64,000 nt of DNA. It comes from Shigella phage SHSML-45. Below the pieces are notes generated by a model. The model ran no database searches. It was not told the origin of the DNA and saw only the letters and a list, made by a program, of their open reading frames with translations. The DNA is taken from sequence record KX130863; one strand, 5' to 3'. Position 1 is the first letter of the stretch. Each line of letters starts with the position of its first letter. Below, in pieces: positions 1 through 10,995 of the stretch. The translations under genes were made by a program, and so were the position numbers.

Positions 1-327
1 TATCTTTAGATAAACCAGCTTGTCTCTCCGCTTCAGTAGCAGAAGCAGCAGATTGGGTTGCTGAAGCCTCAGAAGCATCAGCATGAATACCTGCTTGAAT
101 TTCTGAATCTTTAGCTTTATTCTCAGAATCTTTAGCTGCTATTTCAGAGTCTTTAGCAGCAGCAGCAGATCCTGCAGCGGCCTCAACAGCCGCTGTTAGT
201 TCACCAGCAGTAATAGAACTAATAGAATTACCTAAAACTACTGTGTATTTAGGATATTTACTAGCAGTAGTTGTAGTGTCATCTATGTTCAGAATCTGCT
301 GTACAATAATTTTAGTTTTAAGTGCCA
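1..327 (-). CDS. L-shaped tail fibre protein (pb1-like), N-terminal part; gene continues beyond window edge
   Basis: Minus-strand ATG at 325-327 directly after the p132-like stop; translation [35 protein letters not shown]..., Ala/Ser/Lys-rich repeats; position downstream of p132/pb4 as in T5. Partial. Confidence 0.5.
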
Positions 328-750
328 TTATTGAGTTACCCCATCACTGATAAATACTTTACCCTCCATTATACGAAAAGAGCTAATAGCTGATCCTATG
401 ACATCTCGTGTCATAATTATATCATAATAACCAGCAAAACGTTGTCTTGGGTTATACTTATCACGTTCTTTAGATGCTTTTTCACCAATATTAGTAACGT
501 CTGCAACGGAAAGACTAATTGCAGCAGCACCTTGAGCAGCATCAATAACACGAGTTTTAAAGTTAGCTAGAACCTCGGCGTTCTCATATAAACTAGATTT
601 AATAGTTCCTCGGAGTGAATACCCCGTCAAGTTAACAGGAACTTCTGTTGGTGGATATACACTATCATCAACATCCATAAATTGCATGATAAGACCATAA
701 GGTACTTTTTCATCAACAACAATATCAATAACTCGGTTTTCTGTACTCAT
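328..750 (-). CDS. small tail protein, p132-like (140 aa)
   Basis: 140-aa ORF immediately downstream of the pb4-like gene; size and position match T5 p132. Confidence 0.5.
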   Translation of the reverse strand: MSTENRVIDIVVDEKVPYGLIMQFMDVDDSVYPPTEVPVNLTGYSLRGTIKSSLYENAEVLANFKTRVIDAAQGAAAISLSVADVTNIGEKASKERDKYNPRQRFAGYYDIIMTRDVIGSAISSFRIMEGKVFISDGVTQ

Positions 751-755
751 TATAA

Positions 756-2828
756 TTACCTTATATGGATATACCCACTATTTAGGTCTATCTTCATCTT
801 GTAGTATGCTTCAGGGTTCCCTGATAATGCAGCATTTCTATCGTAGATTATATTAACACCGATTTGCGATAAGAAGGCATTTCCTGCCACAATCTTATCC
901 GCAGTAACAGTCCCATTAACAATCATATTGCCATGAAGAACCATTGCAGGGTTAATCCATCCAGTCCCGTTCCATTGACGGGTAAATGCTGTTTGTGGAG
1001 CATTACTGTTAAATTGTGTTAGAACATCGTATTTAACCGGAGGTTTTCCAAAGTTATTTTGGAAGAATGCGTTAGCTTGTCCATCATCCCAACCACCTAG
1101 TCCCGGAATACCCATAGAGTACATCCCCGGACCACGCTGTCCATCATGTCCTATAGTACCTTCAGTACCACTCCACTGCACCACATCAGACCAGCTAGTA
1201 CCTTCAAGAAGTTTGTTAGTAACTGGATCAAGTGTACCCGTAGTCGCATAGATATTTTGTGTCATATCTGTACGATTAGGTGGAGTTTTTGACCAACCAG
1301 GAGGTGGATAATCTTGTTCTAGTGGTTTAGCGGGTAGAGATGTTGCTAACTTATAAACAAATACTGTCTGTTTACCTTGTAAACCAGTTCCAATATCTAC
1401 GTCACCATTTGGTGTTCCAATTACTACACCACTAGAGATACGCAAAGTAGTACCATCATAACGTATCCATTGTGTAGCGTTACCAATGTCTAGTTTAGCT
1501 TTGGCAGAGGTATTATCCATACCCATCCAAATACCTGAGTTATTATCCCCCCAAGATTTACCTTGAGTGTAAATTGCTGGATTATCCTTACCTGATAAGT
1601 TAGTCATGATAAAGTTCGCAGCATTAATATCTCTAGTAATTACTTTACCATCAACGTTAACAACACGGTTTATAGGGTCAAAAGAAATAGGTGCTTTTCC
1701 TTCTTCATCCAGCAGACCAATGTTAATAGCACCAGTAGCTGCGTCGATTAAGAATGTCTGTCTCCAGATTTCTCCATCTTTCATGCTGCCCTTAATAAAG
1801 GCATAATTAACATCAATACCCGTCTCATTGACAAAGCTGTTGTCTAGAGGAGTATCTTCATTCAATATAAATGTTACAGGAGCTGATTCTGTTATATCTT
1901 GTTTATTTGGTCCCCAGGCAATTGATGATACCTTAAAAGTATGCTCAACTTTCCATGGGAATGATATAATCGTTGCAGCTCTAGCAGCCCCAACGTTTAT
2001 CTTTTGAGCTTTAGTCCAACCAGTCTTAGCATATTCTTCGGAGTTTATATAAGTAACCAGAAATTCACGGACATTAGCACCAGCACCACGTTCCCAGTCC
2101 CACTCTATTCTAACATCATATCGTTCCTTACCATCTGCAATTCGTGCAGCTTTAAAGGCAATGTTAGTAGGTGCAGTAGGTGGTACGAAATTATAAGCTA
2201 CAGTGAAAACGCTAGGATACTCATAATAACCAGATGAGTCAACGGTAACACCATCTGGCATCGTAACTTGACCAGATATTCTGATCTTATAATCACCAAC
2301 AGGAACACCACCAAATTTGATAGTAGGTCCCAGCGCGCCTATATAATACTTAACCCATTCACTATCTTCTGATGCAGTACTTTTTAATTCAATAGTGCAG
2401 TAACTAGCTTCACCAGCAGTCTCTACAACAACTATTGGAGCACCAACACCCACGTCGACGGGTTCTGATTCAGATCTTGCTGCAACAATTATTGGCTTCT
2501 CCTTTGTTCTAAAGTTAGTTTCATTAGAGAGGTTGATACCAATTTTTGCATTTAAAAGTTCTGAGTCGATAATTGAGTCATAGAAAGCCCCCTGAATCTC
2601 ATAGGAGGTAGAGGGGGTTAGATTATTAATCATTACGAAGAAAGTATCTATACCGGTGTAATCACGTCTATCTATACTTTCTCCTATTTTTAACCAAAAA
2701 GATCTACCAATAACATCATAATCAGTATAAATGGAGTGCTGGACATAAGCCAAAGTATATCCAGTCATTATACTATTTAAGACCATTTTGGCTGGTGCAT
2801 TATTTGAAATCATTAAATGGATGCCCAC
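756..2828 (-). CDS. baseplate/tail-tip protein pb4-like (690 aa)
   Basis: Large ORF between hub and p132-like genes; size and order as T5 pb4; beta-rich Gly/Thr composition typical of tail tip proteins. Confidence 0.6.
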   Translation of the reverse strand: MGIHLMISNNAPAKMVLNSIMTGYTLAYVQHSIYTDYDVIGRSFWLKIGESIDRRDYTGIDTFFVMINNLTPSTSYEIQGAFYDSIIDSELLNAKIGINLSNETNFRTKEKPIIVAARSESEPVDVGVGAPIVVVETAGEASYCTIELKSTASEDSEWVKYYIGALGPTIKFGGVPVGDYKIRISGQVTMPDGVTVDSSGYYEYPSVFTVAYNFVPPTAPTNIAFKAARIADGKERYDVRIEWDWERGAGANVREFLVTYINSEEYAKTGWTKAQKINVGAARAATIISFPWKVEHTFKVSSIAWGPNKQDITESAPVTFILNEDTPLDNSFVNETGIDVNYAFIKGSMKDGEIWRQTFLIDAATGAINIGLLDEEGKAPISFDPINRVVNVDGKVITRDINAANFIMTNLSGKDNPAIYTQGKSWGDNNSGIWMGMDNTSAKAKLDIGNATQWIRYDGTTLRISSGVVIGTPNGDVDIGTGLQGKQTVFVYKLATSLPAKPLEQDYPPPGWSKTPPNRTDMTQNIYATTGTLDPVTNKLLEGTSWSDVVQWSGTEGTIGHDGQRGPGMYSMGIPGLGGWDDGQANAFFQNNFGKPPVKYDVLTQFNSNAPQTAFTRQWNGTGWINPAMVLHGNMIVNGTVTADKIVAGNAFLSQIGVNIIYDRNAALSGNPEAYYKMKIDLNSGYIHIR

Positions 2829-5662
2829 TCCACAGACTGTTCTCCATCATCCCCTTCGGCCCTAATACGAAAATACAATTTTCTATTTATACCTAGAGCA
2901 CCACTATTCTGGAGAGCAAAGTCTGCCTTATTATACGTTAATAAATAGTCATAAGTATACTGATTTTCAATACGTACACTTCTTAACATCCTATTTTGTG
3001 AATCGTGTATTTCAAGGGTATAAAATATACTCTCTATTATATCTTCTTCAGGTATTCTATCCCAGGCTAGTTTCACATCTGGGCCAACAAACTCAGTTAC
3101 ATCTCCAGAAGCAGTATTAGTTACCCTAAAATTAGATACTACACTAAGGTTTTTAGCGGAGTTAAGTTCTATGGACAGAGTCACCGGAGAACTTCTTCTA
3201 CCATTAATATCCACTGCCCTTATCTCAAATATAGCCAGACCTGCTGGTTCCCCAATTATTTCTTGGATCATACGTTCGTTAGGATTGGTCTCTAACTGTT
3301 GTACTATGTAAGGTTCGGCATGGCCTGAGTGCACAATAGAGTAATAAACTACATTATTGGTTAGACTCGGAAGCCAGGATAACTCACCATTTTTACCTAT
3401 AGAGCCTACTAAACCGCCAGGAGTAGGGGTATACTTAAAGTCTCTAGGAGGAAGGACATTATTACTAATATCGGGAATATCATTACCGCTATTATCAACC
3501 TGCTCAGAGTTGATGAATACATCTTCTCCATACTCCTGTAGAGTAACATTTATCTTTCCTTCCCTAGAGTTTTCCACTTCGTCTACTAGGAAGTACTTCT
3601 TATCCCACCCATAACGGTCGTATGTAAATGCAATAGCATCATTAGGCTCAATACCAATGAATTGATATGGCAATGAGAAAGAAAGTGTTCTTGAGTATCT
3701 GGATTTCTTAAGTTCCCTATCAGCAAAACTTCTTGCAGTATAGTAATTAGTAATATTAGCAAAAGATAGTTGTAATTTTTTATCTAGGTTCTTGTCCTGT
3801 TCCTTATACTTGGAGTTATAGAATGTAATGGAATTAGTTTTCCAGCTAAGAGCTGGATCTACGATAGATGCTTGAACTGAGTTGAATTTATTTCTACCAG
3901 TAGTATCAGATAGCTCCAAATCACCGTAAGTATCTAGAAAATTAATCTCTAATGGAGTATTAGAGTATTTTTCTACAGTAACCCTATACTGGCCAGATAA
4001 ATTGTTAATAGCCCCACCATAGGACTCTAACAAACCTTGCACATTTTTAAATACTGATTCAGATGTATCCAGAATAGTATTCATTTGTACTATTTGTCTA
4101 TTTTCTGCTAGTGGATCAGTCCATCCAACGTATCTCCAATATGGCTGCCAAGATACCTGATAGGATTCATCTATAATATCTAAAATAGCTGCTTCCTGTA
4201 TTAGTTGCTGAAGGGGGAACTGATCAATGGTAATATTAGCGCCATATCTATCAGAGGTTAAGTAATCAAGTGTTTGCCAAATACCATTTAAACTAGTACT
4301 ATTAGCAGTTACTCTACCATCAGAATGGTAGACTTTTACCTTTTTACCTTGAATTTCAGCACTAACTTCTGGAATCTCAGTTCTGTTTTCATTAATAGTA
4401 AAACGCACTACGGCATAAGCAGTATCAAGTAGCTTATATCTAGCATCCCAGTATTCAGGCCCATTACCATTCATATTTTGAAGATAGAACCCACGTTCTT
4501 TAGCTATATCTACTAGTACTTCAGAAGCCGTTTGGTCAGATTTTCCATGATACGTCCAAATTCTTATGTCCCCATTACCATCATTATACTTATATTCCTG
4601 CCCATGCACGGAAGGGCTACTAGAGGGTGTTCCTGACGCTATTCTTTGCATGGTGTCCCCAGCCACTTTTTTAACACCAAAGCAGGTTCTGGAAGAACTA
4701 TCATTATCATTCATACAAATCATAGGGTTATCGCCAAAGGAAAAATCAAGAAAACCGTCTATCTCCCCTTCAGCAAAGGCATATACTACATAAACTATAT
4801 TAGGATTGTGTAGTTCTGTATCCGCAAAAATAGGTATTCCTGGTATTTTCTGCACGCCATAAACTACTGGTATATATTTAGCAGCAAGGTTAAAATCTAT
4901 ATCTACTTCCTTAGTAACAGTTTCATAGTACTTTTTAAGGCTATAGCTTCTAGATAAGCCAAATAGTTTTTTCTTTGATTTTAGCTTATACCTTTCTTCC
5001 TGTACTTGGTACTTTGCTAGTATAGATATACTTTTATTAGCATGAAAGAACCCATAGTCTTCTTGGTACTCAGGTCTTTTAGCCCCGTTAGATGGAACTA
5101 ATTGTCCCGCTACAACTTCAAGCCCCCTATGGGAAGCGTCATCAGTATATCTACCATTAACTCTATCAAAGTCATAGAATTGGTTAGAACAATTCCAGGT
5201 AATTGTAGAGGTTCCTACTCCAGAGGTACTAATGTTATCTTTAATGCCCCCTCCAGTAATCCTCCCCCTAAAATATAGTAAAGGACCATTTGTATCTGGG
5301 TCTACTGGTAGAATAGAACCATCCTCAGTAATAATTGCTTGATGAATTGATACGGTTCTATCTAAGAAGGATACACCATTTTGTACTAGTTTTAGTACTT
5401 CATCCTGTGCTGTACCAGTAATAGTAAAAGATAGACTACCAATAGATAAATCTCTATTTTGTTTGTGTGAGCTAATAGACTTAACTTTACCCGCCTGGTA
5501 TAAGATGCCATTATATAGTACATCCCTAAAATAATCAGTTAAATAAATAAAAGCAGTACTAGTACCAGTAGAGCCAGGTAACTCTAGAGAAATTAGACTA
5601 GCAGTTTTTATTCTGCTATTATTTTTTAAGTAGTTTCTAGCACTATCTAGTATTTTTTTCAT
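2813..5662 (-). CDS. baseplate hub protein pb3-like (949 aa)
   Basis: 949-aa ORF directly after the distal tail protein gene; same length as T5 pb3; overlapping start/stop coupling with neighbours. Confidence 0.7.
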   Translation of the reverse strand: MKKILDSARNYLKNNSRIKTASLISLELPGSTGTSTAFIYLTDYFRDVLYNGILYQAGKVKSISSHKQNRDLSIGSLSFTITGTAQDEVLKLVQNGVSFLDRTVSIHQAIITEDGSILPVDPDTNGPLLYFRGRITGGGIKDNISTSGVGTSTITWNCSNQFYDFDRVNGRYTDDASHRGLEVVAGQLVPSNGAKRPEYQEDYGFFHANKSISILAKYQVQEERYKLKSKKKLFGLSRSYSLKKYYETVTKEVDIDFNLAAKYIPVVYGVQKIPGIPIFADTELHNPNIVYVVYAFAEGEIDGFLDFSFGDNPMICMNDNDSSSRTCFGVKKVAGDTMQRIASGTPSSSPSVHGQEYKYNDGNGDIRIWTYHGKSDQTASEVLVDIAKERGFYLQNMNGNGPEYWDARYKLLDTAYAVVRFTINENRTEIPEVSAEIQGKKVKVYHSDGRVTANSTSLNGIWQTLDYLTSDRYGANITIDQFPLQQLIQEAAILDIIDESYQVSWQPYWRYVGWTDPLAENRQIVQMNTILDTSESVFKNVQGLLESYGGAINNLSGQYRVTVEKYSNTPLEINFLDTYGDLELSDTTGRNKFNSVQASIVDPALSWKTNSITFYNSKYKEQDKNLDKKLQLSFANITNYYTARSFADRELKKSRYSRTLSFSLPYQFIGIEPNDAIAFTYDRYGWDKKYFLVDEVENSREGKINVTLQEYGEDVFINSEQVDNSGNDIPDISNNVLPPRDFKYTPTPGGLVGSIGKNGELSWLPSLTNNVVYYSIVHSGHAEPYIVQQLETNPNERMIQEIIGEPAGLAIFEIRAVDINGRRSSPVTLSIELNSAKNLSVVSNFRVTNTASGDVTEFVGPDVKLAWDRIPEEDIIESIFYTLEIHDSQNRMLRSVRIENQYTYDYLLTYNKADFALQNSGALGINRKLYFRIRAEGDDGEQSVEWASI

Positions 5663-6273
5663 AAACTTTCCCGTAAATTTAATGAGATGCCGGAATATGT
5701 TCCGTTATTATTTAATGTAGATCCGAAAGCATCACCATTCATGAGTTTTGTTCTAAATAGTATCCCATTAAATACTGGTTTTTCAGCTCCAGTAGTAGTT
5801 ACAAATAAATCAGGATATACGTTAATAGACCATGAATTACCAGATCTATTAAATGATGTTATTTTATAAACTTTTGGGTGATTGGATAGTTTAAATAAAT
5901 CACCTGGTTTAGGGATACCAGTAAGAACACCTTTTGTATCCATAGTAATATTGGAGCCCTTTTGTCCTGCGGGTATATTTACTAAGTTAGTATTACCCCT
6001 AACCCTAAAAGCCTCATACTGAGGTAATATAACATCAATGTAGCCTCCTGTCCTTTTGTACTCTAGAATAAAAGCATCTAGAACACTATATTCATCTGGA
6101 AATAGTTCTGGGTAGGAAATATTTATACCCCAGTATTGAGCGGATACCTTAACTTCGTTAACTTTACCATTAGGTAACTCATCACGAATTACTGGGTCAT
6201 TATCAATCAGGTTAACACTTTCGAATCCTAATCCTGAAAGTTCTGGATTCGTGTATGGGTCTGGTAGTCTCAT
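5659..6273 (-). CDS. distal tail protein pb9-like (Dit, 204 aa)
   Basis: 204-aa ORF immediately downstream of the tape measure gene, the canonical Dit position; size matches T5 pb9. Confidence 0.6.
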   Translation of the reverse strand: MRLPDPYTNPELSGLGFESVNLIDNDPVIRDELPNGKVNEVKVSAQYWGINISYPELFPDEYSVLDAFILEYKRTGGYIDVILPQYEAFRVRGNTNLVNIPAGQKGSNITMDTKGVLTGIPKPGDLFKLSNHPKVYKITSFNRSGNSWSINVYPDLFVTTTGAEKPVFNGILFRTKLMNGDAFGSTLNNNGTYSGISLNLRESL

Positions 6274-6337
6274 AGTTAATTTCTCCTCTTAATAACAATA
6301 TTATAATAGGATTGGAAAATTTTATCAAGAAATTTTT

Positions 6338-6375
6338 ATTTTTCCATAAAGAAAAGGAGGACATAAAGTCCTCCT
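6338..6375 (-). terminator. rho-independent terminator after the tape measure gene
   Basis: Hairpin AGGAGGA-CATAAAG-TCCTCCT (6355-6375) followed on the minus strand by a U-rich tract. Confidence 0.6.
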
Positions 6376-6381
6376 CCAGTA

Positions 6382-9300
6382 TTAAGAATTACCAAGTGAT
6401 TTCAGGGTGGTTCCATTCTCATTAAGAGCCTGTTCCACGGCATCTCTTAAAGCAGTGCTGTTATTCGATGCAAAATCTCTAAAGCTAGCAGCATCCATTG
6501 TGCTAATATTCAGAATGATTGGTCTTCCAGAGGTAGTCTTTGATCCATCGGAAAGCTGATCATTAGGTGTAGCTTTCATAGGAACCATAGGAGTAATTAC
6601 CTCGGTACCGTGCTCACCCATTTGATAACTAACTCCAGGGTACATCATACCGCCCTCAGCACGCGGAACAAATGAGTTGGCATTACCAATACCTTTATCA
6701 CCGCGTAGGTAGGATAGTTCTCCTGAACTAGCTTGCATAGATACATCAACATTTTTCTGTCGCTCACCTAGAGTTAAGTACTGAGTAGTATCTGCCCCAG
6801 AATCCGCAATAGAAGACATGCCAGATGCAGAAGATGCTTGAGCAAGAGCTAGGGCACCTGCCAAACCTGCTGCCACCATTAAAGGAATAGAGAACGGGTA
6901 TGGTACAGCTGTTGCTGCTTGCATTACTGCTACTGCAGTTTGGATGATGATCTGCTTCTTAGCTGCGTCTTGTTGAATCTTCAGCTTTTCAGCTTCCAAC
7001 TTCTTCAACTTAGCTTTAGATGCTTCAGATTTACCATCTCGTTTCTGTTCTGCTGCAATAGCCTGATCAATCGCACTAACTTGTTGGCTAGTACTATATT
7101 GAATCATCGAGGCTACAGTCTGCATACCTGCTGCGATCGTGGAAGTAGTATCTAGAGATCCCTGAGAGAACTGAATCATAGCATTAGTTAAGTTACCCAT
7201 ACTTTGTGCTACTGCAGTTGCTTCAGAATTTAGCTCAGATAGCTTAGAGATTGCCTGATCATAAGAAGCCATTCTATTTCCCATATCAGCAAAATCTTTG
7301 TCTTCCCCGGATAGACCAGTTGTAGGAGTATAAGTAGCTCCAACAGAAGATCCAACAGAAGCTTGCATCTCCGCATTTCTCTGTGCCCTTAAACCTGCTA
7401 GTTGTGCCCTAGTTTCAGCTATCTTTTTATTATATTCCGCTTGTGCTGCAGCATTACCTAATGTTTTCTGCTTTAAGTCTTCATATAATTTTAGCTGTTC
7501 CTGTAAGCGCTCCGCATTTCCCATTAATGGTTTAGTAGTAAATTGTCTTTGCTGTTCTTCCTCTCTACCAGCAGCCATTGAAGCAATCTGATCTTGGCGG
7601 AATTTCCAGATTTCACGTTCAATTTGGGCTTGAGCACGTCTAGACTGTTCCGCCTCTTTCTGTTTATCAGCTTGTTTTGTATACCATTCGTACTTCTCTT
7701 TTTCAACGGTCAATTCAAGATTTAACTGTGCTAGACGATACTGAGTATCTGTCATAGTACGGTTATTTAAGAGAGCTATCTCACGATCTACACCCAGGAT
7801 TTTATCTGTATAATCCTTAACCTTCTTCTGGGCCTCCATACCCTGATTAGTAAGCTTAAGTTTCTCCAGCTGAATTTTTTCAATTTCTTTCTCAACAGCT
7901 TTATTTCCCTGGTTTGTTTGAAGAACACGGCGTAAAGCAGCTTCTTGCTCTTCTAACTGTTGGAGTTCTAAACGCCTACCGGCTTCCTGTGCTTTTTCTT
8001 TATCCTTAGTTTGGTTATATACATCAGCTATCTTCTGTTGAACTGCTAACTGGTTCTTAGTCTCATTACCAGTTAGTTTAACGTACTCAGATAAGGCCTG
8101 AGACGCAGTTTTCATTTCGGACAGAGTGTTGTAGCCTAGATTAAGATTTTTAACGTACTCATCAGCACTCTTACCAGTACCTAGAGATAGAGATTCTATG
8201 TTTTTTATAGCATCTGCTAAAGTAGCACTAGTTTTAGCAGCAGTATCTGTATTCTGAGCAACGTTCTGTATATCATTAGCTAAGTCACTAGCAGTTTTCT
8301 TAGTCTGATTGTACGCTTTCTGCTGCTCAGTTAGTCCTTTTAATACAGTAGAGTTAAAATCGTATACAGCATCAGGATCAGTAGTATCTCTCTGTAGATT
8401 AATTTGCTTCTGAAACTCTGGACTAGCCTTTGCAGCAGCGGCTCCAGCAGCTTGATACGCTGATTTCCAAGCATTGAGATTCTCTGTAGAATCCTCTACT
8501 TCCTTACCAAGTCTAGTTACTTGTAGACCCATAGCTGCAGTTTCTGCTACAAATTGCTTATTGGCCTCCGAAGCACCTGCTGCTGCAAGACCAACAGGAA
8601 TACCTTCACCAACTTGACGTATAGCTAATTTTGTATAGAAATCTGCTTGTTCCATTCGTTTATCAAACTCAGATTTTAGCTTATTACGCTTATCAAGAGA
8701 TTCCTTATACATATCTAGAGCTTTATTATAGCCTTCTTCAGAAGCAGCTAAACTTAAAGCAACAGCACCAACGTTGGTAGGGTCTATCTGTCTATTAGTT
8801 TTTTCTTGAGCTCTAGCTGCTTCAGCAGATACAGAAGCCTGAGAAGTATAAAATACTGTGTTGATAGCATCAATTACTGGCCCTAAGTATTTAGCAGCAG
8901 CCTGCTGAATCTTTCTCAGTGCGGCATCAGCATTAGCGGCAAATTGCTCCCACGGAGTTGCACGTAAAACTTCATCTAAGTAACCAAAACGTTTAGTAGA
9001 CTCTGCTATAACAGCATTAGCATACGCCTGCTGTTTCTGGAAAGTAGTAAGACTATTAACGTTATAAGTTATACCCGTATTAGCAGCATTCAACTGTTTA
9101 ACATAGTCAGCATACGCGTCATTAAGACGGATAGTAACACCAAGTTCATCCAGAAGTTCGATTTCTTGTTTAGATACACCTTTGATTACACGGTTAAGTG
9201 CATCAGTCATATCTACACCAAGAACAGCAGCAGCACGACGAGCTACTAGACCAAATTTATTAAGTTGTTCAGCATCAAAACCGTATGCAGAAGCAGAGGA

Positions 9301-10062
9301 TGCTTGTCTCATAGCTTCTTCAAAGGAAATAGCGTACCCAGCTGCCTCTTGTAGTGACCTAGCTAGGGACTGAACAGGGGTACCTGTCTGAGTACCTACT
9401 ATAACACCAAATTTTTCTAGACGATTTAGCTGGTCACCTAGTTTAAGTTGTTCGAATGCAGATTGCAAAACGAAGATGTTGGAAGCAAGAGCTGCGTACA
9501 TAATAGGTAAACTACCACCTATCTTAGCCATTGCTGCAAAATCACGAGTTGCACCGCGTGCTGAACCAGAAGTATTACCAATAGCCCTAGAAGCTCTACC
9601 AGCAGCACCAGTAGTATCGTTAAAGCCTTTAGTTGTGCCACCTAAAGCTCTATTAGTATCGTATAACCTATCTTGAACTTTCTCTGTTGCAGCTGCAACA
9701 TCATTACCCATTGCTTTAACAGATTTAGAAACTCCGTCGAATCCAATTTCTAGCTTATCTGTTACTTCAATAAGTTGGATAGCCAGGTAATCTAGCTTAT
9801 CACCAATACCATCAATAGATTTAGTGATACCAGCCATACCCCTACTAGCCTGCATTTTAGTAAGACTTTTTGCTGCTCTATCTGCCGCCCTCTCAATGGA
9901 GTATAGAGTTTTGGGCATTTTACCTAACTGCTCATTTGTCAGTTCGGAAGCAGCAGCAGCATTTTCTAACGCATCAGATACGTTTTCAATAGACTTTGCA
10001 GTACGAGTTGCCCCCTTCTGTTTAACGTCTATTAGTAGTTCTCGTATTAGCTTATCAGTCAT
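6382..10062 (-). CDS. tail tape measure protein pb2-like (1226 aa)
   Basis: Very long ORF, Ala/Gln/Lys-rich with extended coiled-coil character (QQ/EE/KK repeats), located between tail tube and Dit genes. Confidence 0.9.
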   Translation of the reverse strand: MTDKLIRELLIDVKQKGATRTAKSIENVSDALENAAAASELTNEQLGKMPKTLYSIERAADRAAKSLTKMQASRGMAGITKSIDGIGDKLDYLAIQLIEVTDKLEIGFDGVSKSVKAMGNDVAAATEKVQDRLYDTNRALGGTTKGFNDTTGAAGRASRAIGNTSGSARGATRDFAAMAKIGGSLPIMYAALASNIFVLQSAFEQLKLGDQLNRLEKFGVIVGTQTGTPVQSLARSLQEAAGYAISFEEAMRQASSASAYGFDAEQLNKFGLVARRAAAVLGVDMTDALNRVIKGVSKQEIELLDELGVTIRLNDAYADYVKQLNAANTGITYNVNSLTTFQKQQAYANAVIAESTKRFGYLDEVLRATPWEQFAANADAALRKIQQAAAKYLGPVIDAINTVFYTSQASVSAEAARAQEKTNRQIDPTNVGAVALSLAASEEGYNKALDMYKESLDKRNKLKSEFDKRMEQADFYTKLAIRQVGEGIPVGLAAAGASEANKQFVAETAAMGLQVTRLGKEVEDSTENLNAWKSAYQAAGAAAAKASPEFQKQINLQRDTTDPDAVYDFNSTVLKGLTEQQKAYNQTKKTASDLANDIQNVAQNTDTAAKTSATLADAIKNIESLSLGTGKSADEYVKNLNLGYNTLSEMKTASQALSEYVKLTGNETKNQLAVQQKIADVYNQTKDKEKAQEAGRRLELQQLEEQEAALRRVLQTNQGNKAVEKEIEKIQLEKLKLTNQGMEAQKKVKDYTDKILGVDREIALLNNRTMTDTQYRLAQLNLELTVEKEKYEWYTKQADKQKEAEQSRRAQAQIEREIWKFRQDQIASMAAGREEEQQRQFTTKPLMGNAERLQEQLKLYEDLKQKTLGNAAAQAEYNKKIAETRAQLAGLRAQRNAEMQASVGSSVGATYTPTTGLSGEDKDFADMGNRMASYDQAISKLSELNSEATAVAQSMGNLTNAMIQFSQGSLDTTSTIAAGMQTVASMIQYSTSQQVSAIDQAIAAEQKRDGKSEASKAKLKKLEAEKLKIQQDAAKKQIIIQTAVAVMQAATAVPYPFSIPLMVAAGLAGALALAQASSASGMSSIADSGADTTQYLTLGERQKNVDVSMQASSGELSYLRGDKGIGNANSFVPRAEGGMMYPGVSYQMGEHGTEVITPMVPMKATPNDQLSDGSKTTSGRPIILNISTMDAASFRDFASNNSTALRDAVEQALNENGTTLKSLGNS

Positions 10063-10074
10063 GTTTTATTTTTC

Positions 10075-10108
10075 CCAATAAAAAAGCTCTGGGCATATCA
10101 CCCAGAGC
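10075..10108 (-). terminator. rho-independent terminator immediately upstream of the tape measure start
   Basis: Hairpin GCTCTGGG-CATATCA-CCCAGAGC (10086-10108) followed on the minus strand by a T-run; shares flanking sequence with the 15074-15097 terminator. Confidence 0.6.
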
Positions 10109-10145
10109 CAAGCCTCATCGTGGAACGCCCCATTGGAGGAAACTT

Positions 10146-10637
10146 TTACCGTGCTCGAGATTTAGCATGTGGCTTAACGTTAGGTATTCTACCGTTTTGC
10201 GGCTTATGCTTCTCAGCACGTTTACGTGCAGCGTCTACAGCTTTAGCATCAAATATATTGATAATGTGTAGAACAAATTCTTTTTCTATAGGATCAGTAA
10301 TCCCATAAATATCAAATAAAACACCTAAAGCAGCCTTGTCTTTACCTATAAAGATAGGGAAGTCACCAGGTATGAAACAGTCAACTAGACTATTATAAAT
10401 ATTCATACTAATAGCTACAATAGGTGGAAAGTCTTCAAGTTCAACAGGCATAGCCTTAGGATCAGGTTCTATACCCATTGACTCACAAAGTATTAAATAT
10501 TGTTGTTTAGTCATTTTAGATGCTGAGCTTTTAATACACTTATCGGCAAAATCAGCAACAGCATCTAGTAGTTCTTTACGCTTTTGAGCTACGAAAAGTG
10601 TCGAGGTGGAACACTGTCTGGTTGATCCAAGAATCAA
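10146..10637 (-). CDS. hypothetical protein, tail assembly chaperone position (163 aa; true start may be internal)
   Basis: ORF between tail tube and tape measure genes; overlaps upstream ORF by 62 nt in a different frame. Confidence 0.4.
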   Translation of the reverse strand: MILGSTRQCSTSTLFVAQKRKELLDAVADFADKCIKSSASKMTKQQYLILCESMGIEPDPKAMPVELEDFPPIVAISMNIYNSLVDCFIPGDFPIFIGKDKAALGVLFDIYGITDPIEKEFVLHIINIFDAKAVDAARKRAEKHKPQNGRIPNVKPHAKSRAR

Positions 10638-10995
10638 ACGCAGCAGAGTTCTGCATAAGCATTACAGCATTATCATGACTAAATGGAACTTCAGTAGTAG
10701 GATCAGCATCTGTTTCAATCAGCATCAGCTTTTCAACGTCGCCTACAGTCAAACCAGTCCAACCTTTAATTGCAGCATCAACGAAAGCTTCAATAAACTT
10801 ATCGTCATCCTGTACTTGTATCAGCGTACCATTAACCCATTCGTCACGTTTAGCAGAAGAAATAACACGTTTAGAGGTAGCACGAGACATATAGTTAAGT
10901 TCTAGCTTAAAGTTCGGCATACCTGGGTATGAAAGAGTAATAGTGCGGGTATCAAGAGTAATATCTTTTAAATTAATCATTTTTAATTTCTCCAA
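10576..10995 (-). CDS. hypothetical protein, tail assembly chaperone position (139 aa)
   Basis: ORF between tail tube and tape measure genes, canonical chaperone location in siphophages. Confidence 0.45.
   Translation of the reverse strand: MEKLKMINLKDITLDTRTITLSYPGMPNFKLELNYMSRATSKRVISSAKRDEWVNGTLIQVQDDDKFIEAFVDAAIKGWTGLTVGDVEKLMLIETDADPTTEVPFSHDNAVMLMQNSAAFDSWINQTVFHLDTFRSSKA

Noticed and set aside
9182-10081. Several short plus-strand ORFs (9182-9373, 9476-9676, 9824-10081)
   Set aside because: All antisense to the tape measure gene; Ala-rich translations mirror the sense-strand codon bias.
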